Positions 62,248 to 64,000 of a stretch of 64,000 nt of DNA are shown here, in pieces. The notes under the pieces were generated by a model. It searched no databases and was not told the origin of the DNA. It worked only from the letters and a program-made list of their open reading frames with translations. Made by a program: the position numbers and the translations under genes. Every line of letters starts with the position of its first letter. Position 1 is the stretch's first letter. The DNA is from Lytechinus pictus (Eukaryota). Location of the stretch: assembly GCF_037042905.1 (NCBI RefSeq), contig NC_087260.1:21638001-21702000 (forward strand), given 5' to 3'.

Positions 62248-62625
62248 CATCTCCATGTAATATACAAATTTCTGTGGGTTGTAATATTCCTTCGGTTGGA
62301 AAGCCCCGACATAGTACTCGTAGCAATTAAGCCCTGCTACAAACAGTAGCACCAGCACATCACTGACTGCAAGATTCGCAAGGTACATGCTGGGAATCGT
62401 CCACATTTCTTTAGTCGCAAGAATGATACCGATTACGAGAACGTTGGCGATGACCCCGAAGATAATGTTGAACAACGTGATGAAGAACATGATGAGGGAA
62501 AGGAGAATGGTCAGTTCGCATTCGTCTTCAAGTAAAACGAAGGTGCATGAATGGTTGACTACAGTGTCTGTCGTGTAAGACTCGTTTAACCCGACAGTAG
62601 TTGCCATCCTTGAAGTTGCATTCAT
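62248..62625 (-). CDS. Orphan class A GPCR, copy B, coding exon 1
   Basis: Near-identical paralog of 55474-55851 with the same length (378 nt). Confidence 0.92.
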
Positions 62626-63849
62626 TGAAAATGTACGATGAGCCTACGTTTGTCCAATCCTGTGGGAAGATGAAATATTTAACTCATATCATAAAATAGC
62701 GATGTCAGTAATCTTGAAATGATTGATGTTTCAATATCGTTTTAAAATTTAAAAGCTTAGTTGATTTAATTTCAAAACTATTTTGTTACTACGCCTTTAG
62801 GTCCTTTTATTGAATTATATTATAGGTCCGATAGAAAAAGAACCAGTACTGAATTTGATATGCTTCATTGAAGTTCTGTACAGTCGTTATAAATATTTGT
62901 AAAACATGAGACCACTAACATCCTGGCATATTAAATTGACAAATTCGACACATGAATTTTACCAAAGGTGATACGTAGACCTATGCAATTTTAGCATTCA
63001 TCAAAATAAAGTTTTTACCATCGTGTTAGATGATGTAACATACTTAGAAAAGCATTTGTTTCCTGCTCTTAAAGTGGCAAATGTAGACAGCGACTTTAAC
63101 ACAAAAGGATGTGGGTGCTGCAGTGGCACTGTAATCCGGAACCTTGGGGTTCAAAGTAGGCATTGATTGTACTCATGGTAACGGTGTTTTTTTTTCTCGT
63201 TACAATTATTTCCATTATCTTTAACAAAATTAGACCTGGGTCTCCACGAATATCATGAAATGAAATTAGATTAATAAAAACTCACCTGAAAGTTCAGATC
63301 AGCCTGAATGCGTTTGTCTATACCCCGAAATCTACACAAAATTCTGTTTTAAACCATCAATATATCTCTGGTTCAGCAATGTTCTTCGCAGAATATGGAT
63401 AAACGGCACAGCAACACTATCCCGCTATCTAGAGAGTAACCTGGACATGATGGTTTATAATCGTCATTTTGCGAATCACTCCCAAATCCCAATCGCAGTC
63501 CATTAGCCATTAATATCTAGATCACATAATATTGGACGGGGGAATGAAAAATCTAAACAGACACTGATCTCGTTTTTTATTACAAAAACGTAATTACACT
63601 TCTCACTTGACAGCTTATTATGTGGTCTGATCGGTACCGTTGTATTGTGGTGACATTTCTGTAGATTCTCCTCGACTGAATATTAAGCGGTGGTTGTCAA
63701 ATGGAGCAAATTGTGAGGGGACTTTTTCTTTGACAATCCTAATATTGAAGTCCTATTGACAATTTTGATATGGAGGCCGCGGCTTTTGGTGAAGTAGATT
63801 TCAAATTATGCCTTATATGCTCATCGAAATGTATTGATTTTCATACGAT

Positions 63850-64000
63850 CAGTGGCGTAACTACGGGGGGGGCATGGGGGCACGTCCCCCCCCCCCCCCC
63901 CCATCGGCTGACCAAAAAAAAAAAAACGGGGAAAAGGAGAAAAAGAGGGAGAAAGGAAGAGTTATATGTTATGTTATGTTATATTACATAGAAACATTTT
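63850..64000. mobile_element. Left end of the same MITE family as 241-1698
   Basis: CAGTGGCGTAAC.ACGGGGGGGCATGGGGGCACGT is nearly identical to position 241 onward. Confidence 0.8.

Larger units (their letters stand above)
52721..63849. repeat. Tandem segmental duplication: ~52721-57230 versus ~58690-63849
   Basis: Exons, introns and upstream sequence are collinear and similar. The copies differ by transposon insertions and by their 3' flanks. Confidence 0.9.

Overview
AT-rich, intron-rich eukaryotic DNA from an invertebrate. The repeat families suggest a sea urchin or other echinoderm; this is an inference. There are two assembly gaps (9713-9859, 55170-55410). Five genes could be assembled by hand from GT-AG splice sites with consistent phases. 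(1) An SLC6/NSS transporter on the minus strand, 8 in-frame exons from 22775 to 74, running off the left edge, with heavily remodelled ion- and substrate-site residues. (2) Mitochondrial ribosomal protein L2 (plus strand, 5 coding exons, 34436-41029). Its third intron is a tandem array built from copies of the exon-3 end and its splice donor. (3) A ~1070-aa LRR transmembrane receptor without a TIR domain, encoded by one coding exon (minus strand). (4,5) A tandem pair of orphan class A GPCRs (minus strand) lacking the C3.25 disulfide cysteine and the CWxP motif. The rest is dense with nested MITEs, tRNA-derived SINEs, LINE fragments and a ~4-kb LTR-like element carrying decayed repeat-protein ORFs. 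No prokaryotic-type system such as CRISPR is present.
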